A stretch of DNA of 26,503 bases from positions 1 through 26,503 of the forward strand of contig JBBQPO010000052.1 in assembly GCA_038217285.1 (NCBI GenBank), written 5' to 3'. Below, in pieces: positions 8,288 to 18,100 of this stretch; position 1 is the stretch's first letter; every line of letters begins with the position of its first letter. The translations under genes and the position numbers were made by a program. A model generated the notes under the pieces. That model made no database searches, was not told the origin of the DNA, and was given only the letters and a program-made list of their open reading frames with translations. Source of the DNA: Chthonomonadales bacterium. Lineage in GTDB: Bacteria > Armatimonadota > Chthonomonadetes > Chthonomonadales > Chthonomonadaceae.

Positions 8288-8806
8288 CTAATCGACGCGC
8301 GGGGCGATGACGATGCGGCGGTCCGGCTCATCGCCTTCGCTGTAGGTCATGATGCCGGGCTCGTCGAGCAGAGCGTTGTGGATGATGCGGCGCTCGTGCG
8401 CGGGCAACGGCTCCAGTTCCGCCTCCTGGTTGCGTTCTCGCACCTCGCGGGCCAGTTCCCGAGCGCGTTCGATCAGCGTCGCAGCGCGGCGTGCCCTGTA
8501 GCCTTCGGCGTCCAGCATAAGCCGCACATCGGAGCTGACGCGGTGCGCCAGTACGGTGTTGCAGAGAAACTGCAGGGCATCCAGAGTCTGCCCCTGTCGG
8601 CCCAGAGTCTGCCGCACATTCTCCCCGACGATCTCGATCTGCAGATAGGGTTTTTGCGCGGAGCGTACAACCGCATGCGCTCCGAGTCCGCTGGCTGTGC
8701 ATAGCCCTTGCATAAAGGCCAGCGCCGCCTGCTGATCGGGATTCAGCGTCTCTTCCGGCACAACCGGGCTCTCTTCCACGTGCGCTTCCGTACTGGTGTC
8801 GCTCAT
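8288..8806 (-). CDS. jag: Jag/EloR/KhpB-like RNA-binding protein (KH + R3H), short form
   Basis: LGRQGQTLDALQFL KH motif; LDAEGYRARR; ERRIIHNAL R3H; TYSEGDEPDRRIVI; lies downstream of yidC. Confidence 0.9.
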   Translation of the reverse strand: MSDTSTEAHVEESPVVPEETLNPDQQAALAFMQGLCTASGLGAHAVVRSAQKPYLQIEIVGENVRQTLGRQGQTLDALQFLCNTVLAHRVSSDVRLMLDAEGYRARRAATLIERARELAREVRERNQEAELEPLPAHERRIIHNALLDEPGIMTYSEGDEPDRRIVIAPRVD

Positions 8807-8842
8807 AATGTTCTCTCCTTCTACTCGATCTCACATCTTGCG

Positions 8843-10111
8843 TCAGGGGCGCGGACGGCGTTTTTTGGGACGCGGGCCCGTGCTCGGCGGAATCTTCGGA
8901 GCCGTCTCCGTCCGGTTGAGGGAGCCGCTCGCTCCAGGCCTGTCGCGGTTCGACGTCTCTTTGGAAGACGGACCCGATGACGGCGCCGGAAGGATCTCTC
9001 CGGTGGCGAGACGCGCTTTGTTCGGCCTATAGACGAAATAGTACTGTTGCGCTGTCGAGATGATGTTGAGAATCAGCCAGTAGAATATGAATGCCGCCGA
9101 CCACTTGTACTGCATGAACATGAAGAACATCAGGCCGGTCGTCATCACGGCCATAGACTTCTGCTGCTGCGCCTGCGTGGGATCGGGCGAAGGCGTCAGG
9201 CGCATCGTAAAGTAGTTGCTGGCGGCATAGAGAACGAGCAGCGGAATATCGAATTTTCCCAGGTCGGTTCCCAGGATCGTCGGGTTCGCAAAGGAGAGGC
9301 GACTGCCGACCCACAAAAACTTCCCGTTGGCGAAATGGAACTCGTACAGTCGGATCGTGTTGTAGACCCAGATCATGAAGGGCAGTTGAATGACCATCGG
9401 CAGGCAACTGGCGAACGGGCTTACGCCGTGCTCTTTATAGACTTCCATCGTCTTCTGCTGAAGCAGTTGCGGCTCGTCTTTATACTTCTTCTGAACCTCT
9501 TTCATCACCGGCTGCAGCTTCTGCATCTCCCGCTGACTCTTATACATCTTCAGCGTGAGCGGGAAGGTGATGCCCTTGACGATGACGGCGATGAGGGCCA
9601 GCGCAAACCAGTAGCTGAAAGCGGGGATCCGACCCGTGGCCGCGACGATACTGTCCACCATCTTGTACTGAAACTTCTTGGAGTTAAGGCGATCAAGCTG
9701 ACCTTCGACTTCGGCCCGTCGACTCGGTGCCTGCTTGCCGCGAACGGTGTTGGGATAGTGCTCCATCAACTGCTTGAGGTCTTCACGCGCGAGGTTCAGC
9801 CCCTCGGTCTGCATTTCCACCACGGCTTCGGAGGGATGCTCCGACACAGCTCCGACGAATCGAGTGGACGTAAAGTCTTGATCACTCCAGAGGGCTTCGG
9901 CAGCCTTCTCCTGGTCTTTTTTACCATCGTTGGCATTCTTGATGGAGAGGTACTCTTCGTGCGCTTCGCGGGGCCTCTCCTTCTCAAGGGATTTAGCATC
10001 CTCGACGGTATTGGGATAGTTGTCGCGAATCGGACGCTGACAACCCGTCAGCCCGCCGATAAAAACGATTATTGTAAGAAGTAGTGCGATGGAACGCGAA
10101 GCGGATTTCAA
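8843..10111 (-). CDS. yidC: Membrane protein insertase YidC/Oxa1
   Basis: ITFPLT...MQKLQP...YKEHGVSPFASCLPMVIQLPF, FLWV, FIFYW motifs; N-terminal lipobox-like LTGC; synteny with rnpA-yidD-jag. Confidence 0.93.
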   Translation of the reverse strand: MKSASRSIALLLTIIVFIGGLTGCQRPIRDNYPNTVEDAKSLEKERPREAHEEYLSIKNANDGKKDQEKAAEALWSDQDFTSTRFVGAVSEHPSEAVVEMQTEGLNLAREDLKQLMEHYPNTVRGKQAPSRRAEVEGQLDRLNSKKFQYKMVDSIVAATGRIPAFSYWFALALIAVIVKGITFPLTLKMYKSQREMQKLQPVMKEVQKKYKDEPQLLQQKTMEVYKEHGVSPFASCLPMVIQLPFMIWVYNTIRLYEFHFANGKFLWVGSRLSFANPTILGTDLGKFDIPLLVLYAASNYFTMRLTPSPDPTQAQQQKSMAVMTTGLMFFMFMQYKWSAAFIFYWLILNIISTAQQYYFVYRPNKARLATGEILPAPSSGPSSKETSNRDRPGASGSLNRTETAPKIPPSTGPRPKKRRPRP

Positions 10112-10134
10112 AAGATTGTCCTCGAATCACCGTA

Positions 10135-10371
10135 TTAAGGAACCGGATCGTAGCCGCCGGGGCTAAACGGATTGCAGCGCAGGATACGTCGAATGCCGAA
10201 GGCTACTCCCGTAAGCAGTCCATGTTTCTGGATACTCTGCGCTGTATACTCCGAGCAGGTAGGCTGGTAGCGACACATCGGCGGACGCATGGGCGCGGTC
10301 GCCTGATAGGCGCGAATACAGAGCAGCGCGAGTCGGCGCGGCAGGCCCACGAGCCAGAGCAGAAACAGCAT
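10135..10371 (-). CDS. yidD: Membrane protein insertion efficiency factor YidD
   Basis: IRAYQ...[10 protein letters not shown]...[25 protein letters not shown] upstream. Confidence 0.95.
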   Translation of the reverse strand: MLFLLWLVGLPRRLALLCIRAYQATAPMRPPMCRYQPTCSEYTAQSIQKHGLLTGVAFGIRRILRCNPFSPGGYDPVP

Positions 10372-10395
10372 CCGTGTCCTCCGACATCCGGGATT

Positions 10396-10806
10396 CTATC
10401 CCGTCGAAGCGGGCGGCGTCTGAGAGCGTTCCGCGCGAACCGCGCTGTCCCGAAGCATTCCGGCACGTCGCAGCAGTTCGCCGACCGTGGCCTGAATCTC
10501 AGTCCACTCCGCGCCTTTGGCACCGGTGCGCCCGACGAAGATAATATCGAACGGGCCCTCTCGCAGGTCTGCCAGACGCAGGCGCATGGCCTCCCGAAGG
10601 CGGCGCTTGATGCGATTGCGAACGACGGCATCTCCCAGTTTTTTACTGACGACAAAGCCGATACGTCGCCCCGGAGCCGCGTTGGCATGATCCCCGTTTC
10701 GCCGCAAGACATAGATCACCGCAAGGCTGTCGGCATGGGAGCGGCCTCGCGAATAGATCAGGCGAAAGTCTCGGTTTTCACGTAAACGCTGTTCAGCGGG
10801 CAGCAT
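10396..10806 (-). CDS. rnpA: Ribonuclease P protein component
   Basis: MLPAEQRLRENRDF...RIGFVVSKKLGDAVVRNRIKRRLRE (RNR motif). ATG at 10806 is preferred over GTG at 10851. Confidence 0.93.
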   Translation of the reverse strand: MLPAEQRLRENRDFRLIYSRGRSHADSLAVIYVLRRNGDHANAAPGRRIGFVVSKKLGDAVVRNRIKRRLREAMRLRLADLREGPFDIIFVGRTGAKGAEWTEIQATVGELLRRAGMLRDSAVRAERSQTPPASTG

Positions 10807-10861
10807 CGGCTGTTGTTTCGACGGAGGAGACGCCCCGGCGGGCGGCCTCACGAGTCCATAC

Positions 10862-10894
10862 GGAAGAAAGGCGCGAACGGTTTCCCTTCGCGCC
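10862..10894 (-). terminator. Terminator-like hairpin between rpmH and rnpA
   Basis: Minus strand AGGCGCGAAGG-GAAA-CCGTTCGCGCCT followed by TTCTT. Confidence 0.65.
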
Positions 10895-10901
10895 TGCTTC
10901 T

Positions 10902-11036
10902 CTACTTGATTAGTTCCTGGCGTCCCCGTGCGCGGCGTCGGCGGAGAACATTGCGCCCATCGAGGGTACTCATGCGCTTGCGAAATCCATGGACGCGCTT
11001 GTGGCGTCGATTGTGCGGTTGGAAGGTTCGTTTCAT
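10902..11036 (-). CDS. rpmH: 50S ribosomal protein L34
   Basis: [44 protein letters not shown] (44 aa). The true start is ATG at 11036; the ORF track extends it upstream. Confidence 0.98.
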   Translation of the reverse strand: MKRTFQPHNRRHKRVHGFRKRMSTLDGRNVLRRRRARGRQELIK

Positions 11037-11069
11037 CTGCTGTTCACACCCCTGGAAAAGATTCCCCGT

Positions 11070-11099
11070 ATTATAGCACAGGTAGACCGTGAACGGCAA
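11070..11099 (-). promoter_or_regulatory. Sigma70 promoter of the rpmH operon (extended -10)
   Basis: TTGCCG (11099-11094), 18 bp spacer ending TGC, then TATAAT (11075-11070). Confidence 0.75.
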
Positions 11100-11118
11100 C
11101 CCTTTGCGCGAAATCGTT

Positions 11119-11161
11119 ACTTCCTCCGGTCCCCTCCTTGCGAAGGAGGGGTTGGGGAGGT
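11119..11161. repeat. REP-like palindrome
   Basis: CCCCTCCTT-GCG-AAGGAGGGG (11131-11151) flanked by ACTTCCTCC...GGGGAGGT; no U-tract; single copy in the window. Confidence 0.5.
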
Positions 11162-13320
11162 CATTCGACGGTGAGGGTGTCCAGGTAGGCGCTGAAGTCG
11201 CGGAGGGCGGTTGCGGCCTGGGCGCGCAGGCGAACGGCTTCCTGGCGCAGTATGTCGATTTTGCTCTCCTGCGTGTCCAGTTCTCCGACGTAGCGTTTGT
11301 AGAGCGCGGAGTCCTGGGCCAGGGCCATCATGTTTTTGCGGATACGATCCTGGTCCGCGCCGATCGCCTGAAGGTCGGATTCACGGGCGGCGGCTTCCAT
11401 CTGTAGCTCTTCGACATGCCGGCGGCGGGTGAGGATCTCCTGCAGCGCCGCCAGAAGTTTGGGCGAAATCTCCTTACTTTTGGCGTAGCTTGCCAGTCGG
11501 CCCCTATCCCCGTCGAGTAGAGCCAGAGTTTCGGTCAGGGGGCGCTCCAGCACGACTTTCAGTGTCTCGGCCTTGCCGGGAGCGAGAGCGACCGCGAAGC
11601 GATAGAGCGCGGGAGTGCGCTCGGCAGGCTTGGCAGGCTGCACCAGGGTATAGGCGGCGTTGAAGGGATGCTCGATCAGCACATTGCGGGGCGTCGTCGC
11701 CTTCGATTTCAGGGTGTAGACGGTTTCGACTCGTTCCCGCCTCGCGATTACCAGGAGACGGCGCTTCAGGCTCAGGCCGGTGTCGATAATGGTGGTTTTG
11801 GGCGTCTGTCGCTCCCCTTCTACGGCCAGATCGACCGCGTAGGAGAGCAGGCGGGTGTCCCCGGGCGGAATATCCTCCATCCGGGCGTCCCCCGCGTAGA
11901 CACCGGCGTCGAAGAGGGTAACCGGGCCTCCTTTCAGGTGCAGGGCCGTGGTGTTATGCAGACGCAGAGCATTCAAAGGATATTTGGCGTCGGAGTCGGC
12001 GTTGTAGAGGGAGACCTTTTCCGCCTCGACATCCTGCGTCACGACGGGAATCAGCGCGGCCTGCTGGCGCGGGAGATTCACCGGAGTGCTGATCTTGTAC
12101 TCAAACAGCTCTCCTGCTTTCTGGCCCTCCGCCTGCGCCTTCACGGATTCGCGCAGATAGTCGACGGCAGCGCCCGACTCCGCCGCTGTGGTATCTACGG
12201 TGGGACCCGCCTCTCCTTTGTCTCCTGCAGCCCCGTTGCTGCGCCCGAACGACGCTCCCCCGCGTCCGCGCCCGCCTATGCCCCCTCCGCCGAAGCCGCC
12301 TCCAGTTCCCCCTCCGCCAAAGCCGCCTCCAGCGCCGCCTCCTGGATAGCCGCCTCCGCCAAAGCCGCTGGCCGGTCCGTTCGGGCCGAGCAGACTGCCG
12401 TCGTGGGTCTGCGGATAGGGCGAAGCGACGATGTCTGGCCCCACAACCGGGCGCGGTATATAGAGAGGCTGATAGAGATCCTGAATGAACGAAACAGGGC
12501 GACCCGATACCAGCGAAAGCCGTACATTTTGCCAGTCGTCGTCGGAGGTGTTCTCGACCATCGCCCACCCCTGCAGATAGGGCTTGCCGGGTTTGTCGGG
12601 GTTCGTGCCGCCGATCAGCAGACGATAGCTCATCTTCCAGAGCGGCGCTTCCGTGACATAACCGACGCGCACGTCCCGCTTGCCCTGCCCGGCGAAGTGC
12701 AGGGTCACCTGCCGCCGCTGTTCGTCCGAGCGCGTGGCGAGAGTGGCCAGTGCATCGTGAAACTCTTTGTTTAGCTGCGCATCCAGCAGGCGCACGGTGG
12801 TATCGGTATCGAGGCGGACGCTCATCAGCCCTGTTTCACCGAGCAGGTTCAGGATCGCGACGGTCGTGGGTTTGCCATCGACGCCCAGCACCTGGCGCGA
12901 CTCTACCCCGACGATCTGTCCGGTCAGGGCGGGCCGATTCGCCGCCTCGACCGTGACCCGTGCGCCGCGCAGTCGGTTCAGGATATCCTGCTGGCTCAGG
13001 TTCTGCGTCACATCGATGGCGAAGGACTGCAGCGTGTGGCTGATGGGATCGTGGGCGGCGTAGGTCGCGGGCTGCACCTGTCCCTGGCGATCGATGAGCA
13101 CCATCGACTTGAGGATGTCGTTGATCTGCGGGGCGCGGAAGAGCAGCGGCACGGTCGCATCGCCATCGACGACCCCGCCGCGCTCGGTATAGGAGACGCC
13201 GCTGGTAAAGAGCGTGATCCGCCGCACTGGCAGCGTGCTGGAGGGCGCGAGAGGAGCCTGTGCCAGCGCCGGAGCCGCCACGCACATCGCCGCAAATATC
13301 GAGAGTCTCTTTTTCAACAT
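11161..13320 (-). CDS. DUF4139-like secreted protein with central Gly-rich insert
   Basis: Signal peptide ([21 protein letters not shown]); [62 protein letters not shown] motifs typical of this family; C-terminal coiled coil. Confidence 0.8.
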   Translation of the reverse strand: MLKKRLSIFAAMCVAAPALAQAPLAPSSTLPVRRITLFTSGVSYTERGGVVDGDATVPLLFRAPQINDILKSMVLIDRQGQVQPATYAAHDPISHTLQSFAIDVTQNLSQQDILNRLRGARVTVEAANRPALTGQIVGVESRQVLGVDGKPTTVAILNLLGETGLMSVRLDTDTTVRLLDAQLNKEFHDALATLATRSDEQRRQVTLHFAGQGKRDVRVGYVTEAPLWKMSYRLLIGGTNPDKPGKPYLQGWAMVENTSDDDWQNVRLSLVSGRPVSFIQDLYQPLYIPRPVVGPDIVASPYPQTHDGSLLGPNGPASGFGGGGYPGGGAGGGFGGGGTGGGFGGGGIGGRGRGGASFGRSNGAAGDKGEAGPTVDTTAAESGAAVDYLRESVKAQAEGQKAGELFEYKISTPVNLPRQQAALIPVVTQDVEAEKVSLYNADSDAKYPLNALRLHNTTALHLKGGPVTLFDAGVYAGDARMEDIPPGDTRLLSYAVDLAVEGERQTPKTTIIDTGLSLKRRLLVIARRERVETVYTLKSKATTPRNVLIEHPFNAAYTLVQPAKPAERTPALYRFAVALAPGKAETLKVVLERPLTETLALLDGDRGRLASYAKSKEISPKLLAALQEILTRRRHVEELQMEAAARESDLQAIGADQDRIRKNMMALAQDSALYKRYVGELDTQESKIDILRQEAVRLRAQAATALRDFSAYLDTLTVE

Positions 13321-13523
13321 TTTTTCTTCCGCTCGCTTTCCATCCTCAGGTTCTTTTGCATCCGTCGCTTCGCTCCCGCACGATCCCCATTATACCGAAT
13401 CCGTGCACACGCGGACCGAACGGCTGTCTGGCACATTAGACCTGGATAGAGGACAATACGTTACATGCGAGGCTGTACTGAAATCTGATTATTTTTTAAT
13501 TTAGAGGCTCTTCGTAATAACGC

Positions 13524-13552
13524 TTGACGTAAATCCGGAAAGACGCTATAAT
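13524..13552 (+). promoter_or_regulatory. Sigma70 promoter of the ATPase-HK-RR operon
   Basis: TTGACG (13524-13529), 17 bp spacer, TATAAT (13547-13552); AT-rich tract upstream; GGAG RBS at 13572-13575. Confidence 0.8.
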
Positions 13553-13582
13553 GCTCGCTAATATCAACTTTGGAGTTTCGCC

Positions 13583-15166
13583 GTGTTGAGAGATCCAGCC
13601 TGGTTTGAACGGCTCTGGAATAATGCAAAGAACGAGACCGTCCCCAATCCCGAAGGATCCAGTGGCGCTCTCATGCATGCGTTTGCCTCTGCTCTCGATG
13701 CCGACATCGTGGAGTACTCCCGTGAGGGCGAGGCCGCCATCTTCTTACTTGAACTGGGGGCATTGCCGTTCAAGGGTATGGGCCTCAACGTCGTCCTCGT
13801 TACCCACGCGCCTTCCGATGATGCCGATTCCGCCCGGATCGCGACCCTTCTCGCCGATTATCGCGAGGCCGTTCGGTCCATAGGACTGTGCATCCACGTC
13901 GTTCTCCAATCGGAGGAACCCGTCCGCAATCCGTACGTCCCCTCCTCGACCGACATCATCTACATGGCGCACGCGGATTTGGAGAGAATCTTTACGTCGC
14001 GCTTCCCCACCGGCGCGCTCTTTAACGTCATCAAGCGTTACATGCAACTGGAGCGCCTCAATCCATTCAATACGACGGAGGTCGCCCGGGGTTCCATGTT
14101 CGCAGGGCGCAAAAAAGAAGTGGAACAGCTTGTCAATGACCAATCGACGCACTTTCTGGTCATGGGCGCCCGACTTATCGGCAAGACGTCACTCATGCTC
14201 CGGGCGCGAGATCTCCTCTGCGCGGATAGAGAGGTGCGATCACGGGTATTCTATTTCGACTGTTCCACCTGGGGCGGCTATAAAGACTGTGTCGTCCGAC
14301 TGATTTCAAGGCTGGAACCTAAACGCGAGCGGCGCGCAGACATCAGTCTGCGCGAAGTGACGTTCATGCTCAGGCGTCTGAGCCATGACGGCAGGCGCCC
14401 TCTGCTGCTATTCTTCGACGAGTGCGATGGCCTGACAGTACGAGATTCGAGAACCGACTGGACCTTCATGCGACTCCTGGAGGAGGCCAGCGTCAGCCAA
14501 TGGGTTCGCCTGGTATTCGCCGGCTTCCGCGATGTGCAGGCGCTCCGGCAGAACTGGGGAGGCATCGTCGATTCACCGTTTCTCGGCGGGCTAAAAATGC
14601 TCAGCCTTGGCCCGCTTTCCACGGAGGAATCCGCGCGCCTGCTCTGTGATCCGTTGGTGGCCGCGGATATCGATATTCGGGATCAGCCCCTGGTCATCGA
14701 GCGCGTGTTGGCGCACTCGGCAGGCCAGCCGTTTATCCTCCAGTTCTACGGCGAACATCTCTACCGAATCGCCTCCGAACGTGACAGGCGGGAGCTGACG
14801 CTGATGGACGTGCAGAGCATCGAAGAAGGCGACGATTTGAGCGGGTTCCTGATGAACCACTTCATCTGGAACACCCAGCATGGCGCCTATACGGCAAGCG
14901 ACGAGCGCGCGTGCGTGCTCGCTTATGCGGGCCTGGCAGGTACCGAACGGTGGAGTCAGCAGGATTTCGAGACGCACTGTTCCGATCACGGTTATCCGCT
15001 GGATATGACGCAGGTGACCACAGCCCTTCAGAATCTCGTGCATGCGCAGATACTCAGCGTGGCCAGCCGCAAGTATGGTCTGGCATTCCCCCTGTTGCGC
15101 GATATACTCAACGATGCCTACCCCGATCTTGACGGCGCGCTCCGGCGGCTTCGGGAGGTAAAGTAG
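13583..15166 (+). CDS. STAND-like P-loop ATPase with uncharacterised N-terminal domain and C-terminal winged helix
   Basis: NPF...MFAGRKKEV entry motif; Walker A GARLIGKT (14165-14188); Walker B LLLFFDE (14402-14422); SAGQPFILQ GxP motif; C-terminal ALQNLVHAQIL...YGLAFPLL wHTH-like end. Confidence 0.88.
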   Translation: MLRDPAWFERLWNNAKNETVPNPEGSSGALMHAFASALDADIVEYSREGEAAIFLLELGALPFKGMGLNVVLVTHAPSDDADSARIATLLADYREAVRSIGLCIHVVLQSEEPVRNPYVPSSTDIIYMAHADLERIFTSRFPTGALFNVIKRYMQLERLNPFNTTEVARGSMFAGRKKEVEQLVNDQSTHFLVMGARLIGKTSLMLRARDLLCADREVRSRVFYFDCSTWGGYKDCVVRLISRLEPKRERRADISLREVTFMLRRLSHDGRRPLLLFFDECDGLTVRDSRTDWTFMRLLEEASVSQWVRLVFAGFRDVQALRQNWGGIVDSPFLGGLKMLSLGPLSTEESARLLCDPLVAADIDIRDQPLVIERVLAHSAGQPFILQFYGEHLYRIASERDRRELTLMDVQSIEEGDDLSGFLMNHFIWNTQHGAYTASDERACVLAYAGLAGTERWSQQDFETHCSDHGYPLDMTQVTTALQNLVHAQILSVASRKYGLAFPLLRDILNDAYPDLDGALRRLREVK

Positions 15167-18100
15167 TGCAGTTGGCATCTTACTATCGACAGATAGGCGA
15201 TAAACTGATCGTCGATCTTGTACGCGGACTGCAGGCTGGTACACATTACGCTCTGCTCGGCCCACGCCGGGGATCGAAGGCGTGGATTGTCGAGGCGTTG
15301 GTACTACGGGCGAATACCCTCGCGGCGGGTGATCGCCCGCATGTGGTCAAGTTACAGTGGCAGGCGCACCACGAAGCCAGTCATACCGGGTTCCTGAAAT
15401 ATCTCGCGGATTCTCTTGGCTTGGACGCTCCCGAGACGGCCCCCGACGCGCGCCTGTCAGGACAGGTCGCGGCGCTGATCGTGGATGCGCTCGGCATGGA
15501 TAAACGCCCCATCTGGCTGCTCATTCAGGACGTGCTTGGGTTTCCGAAATCGATTGCACGCGAACTGCTGGCCGCTCTGAACAGCCTCCACGAGCAGCTC
15601 AGCGATACAGACGAAGGCCGACGCCTCGGCGCCGTCGTCACCGGCAGTGCGGATTTCACCCCCCTGACGACCGGGCCTAACTCGCCCTATCGTCACGCGA
15701 AACTAATTCTGGTCAGCGGCCTCGACTACGAACACGCCCGTCATTTTTTCCTCGAACGCCGCGCCCGACTGCTCGGCGACCCGGCGAAGGCCGCTGTCTC
15801 CGAAGAGGTCTTCGGATGCCTGTATGAGGCCACCAATGGGAACGCCAACCTTCTGCAAGAACTTGTGATTGCACCGGCCCGGCATCCCTACTATCTCGCT
15901 CCAGACGGTTCCGCCGATGTCTACGGATCGCGGCTCGCCGCTGAGGGAATGATAGAGCACTTCATTCTGAACTTCATGCGGGACGATCAGTACAGCATCG
16001 AAATGGTGCGTGAGGCGGAGCGAGACGCCGAATCCTTCGACTTGCTTCTGCGCGTCCTCGAGGGTCCCGGTCGATTGACTTTGCCGGGCAGACCCCATGC
16101 TCTCGAAGTCTGCGGCCTCCTGGTGAAACAGACGAAAAGCGTCGTCACTTTCTCGTGTCCGATGATCGAGAATTTTGTCCGACGGACGGTCACACCCCGA
16201 CATATCGCGGATGTCTATGTGTCTCAGCGTCGGTGGGACAAAGCGGTGCCCGCGTATGAGTTCATGGCGTCCTTCCATGCATCGCTCAAGGATAGACCCG
16301 TCTCTGGACACGCGCAGTACCATCTGCGTGAATCGATCCTCGTCTGGAAAGACCAGATGATGGACGAAGCCCAGTGGGGTATAGCGCCGGTGGTTCGGCA
16401 CTTCCTGGATGGAATGCATCATCTCTTCTCCTTCGACCGCGGCGGCCTCTATGCACGGAATGGCTCGGGTTGGGTCGAGAGCGCTACGTTCGGATGTGAA
16501 CAGATGGCTCCTCCGCCGCCACAGGAGGAATCGGAAAGCGGTCCAGGTCTCACCAAATCGATCTCCGGGGATCAGCTCAGTATGATGCGCTTGATCGCCT
16601 CCTCCGGCAGCCTGCCGGAGTGGCCGGTCTGTTCTCTCTTCCTGCAGCGCGACCATGCGGGCCACGAGATCGACTCTGCCGAGCGCGCTATTCTCGACAA
16701 CTCGGTAGACCGGTTCTGTCACGCCTATAAGGCCGCAGAGGAGATCGAATACCGCCGCCGTATCGGGGAGCTCCGCGAACAGCACCTCAAGGTGATCGAG
16801 CGTGTCAATGAGGCCGTCTTGAATAAGCAGTTCGACCTCGGTCACGTCGTTCGCTGTGCGACGGATGCTCTTGTCGACGTGGCCGGCTATCGCCGTGTTC
16901 AGATCTGCCTCGTGAACGCGCGGCGAAATCGGATCCAGTCCGTGGCAAGCTGCCATAAGCCGGGCATCCTCGATTTTCGTGATCCTACAAACTATCCGCT
17001 GCGTGTGCCACGCGCGGACGTCCAGGCCTGGGTCGTCGCCAATAAGCAGATCGCCATCATCGACGAAGCCGCCGAATGGTACGGCAAAGAGTTCGACATC
17101 AATGTCTCCCAGTCGGTGGCTCTGGGCATGAAGGCTTTCACGGTGGTGCCGATGATCACAGGGGACGTGGTAATCGGCACAATCCATATCGAACGGGAGG
17201 ACAGGGAGCCTCCTGTCCAGATCGAGCAGGAGCTTTACCTGCTTCTGGCAGGGCATATCGCCGGTGTCTGCCGTCAGGCGCAGCGTCTGGAGATGCTTCA
17301 AAACGTGGTGGAAGCCTCGGATGATGAGATCCGGATCGCCGATCCGACGTTCCGCCTCGTCTATCTGAACCGTGCCGCTCATGACCGTGAACCGCACTCT
17401 CCGACAGCAGGCTGGCAAGACAAGAACGTCCGCTATGATTGGCGCAGGCACGCCTGGGCCTCCAACGGTCCTCAAAGGGGAGAGGCGCTGGAGAAGGCCC
17501 GTCTAGGCGAAACGGCCCGCTATTTTTTGACATCGGACGCCCCGACCGCGCCCCAGGCGCAAGCTCTGGACATAAGCGGTATCGTGGATTTTCGCGGTGG
17601 TCTCACGTCGCCGCTTGTGGCGGACGGCTTGATCGGATTCGTCGAGCATATCCGCGATATGACGCCGCTCTATGAAATCGTGGCGGAAATTACCGAGTGG
17701 CTGAAGGTGGATAATCTGAAAGAGGCGGCACAGACCATTGTAGAGACGGCCGTGCGCCGCGACTACGACTGGTGCCGGATCTACCTGTATCACGATCATC
17801 CGCGTGAGGGGCGCTACCTGGAGAGCTTCGCGGAGAGCGGGTTACAGGTACCGGAGAATATCGATGCCTTTCGCTCGGGAGGCATCCGGGAGTACCCTGA
17901 TAGTGACCCGCTGCCTCATGGCTGGCATGTGATCCTCGAAGCGAAGGGCCCTACGATCTATGAGATCCCCAGGAACCGGGCACCGAAGCGGAAGCAGATC
18001 GTCCGCGCACCCAATCTCGAAGGGGCTCCCCGCTTCTATACCACGGCGCGCGACTGCCAACGCAAACTCGAGAATGACAACATACGACGGTGGATAGAGG

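Noticed and set aside
11037-11160. Possible oriC next to rpmH
   Set aside because: No DnaA-box cluster, no AT-rich unwinding element and no dnaA.
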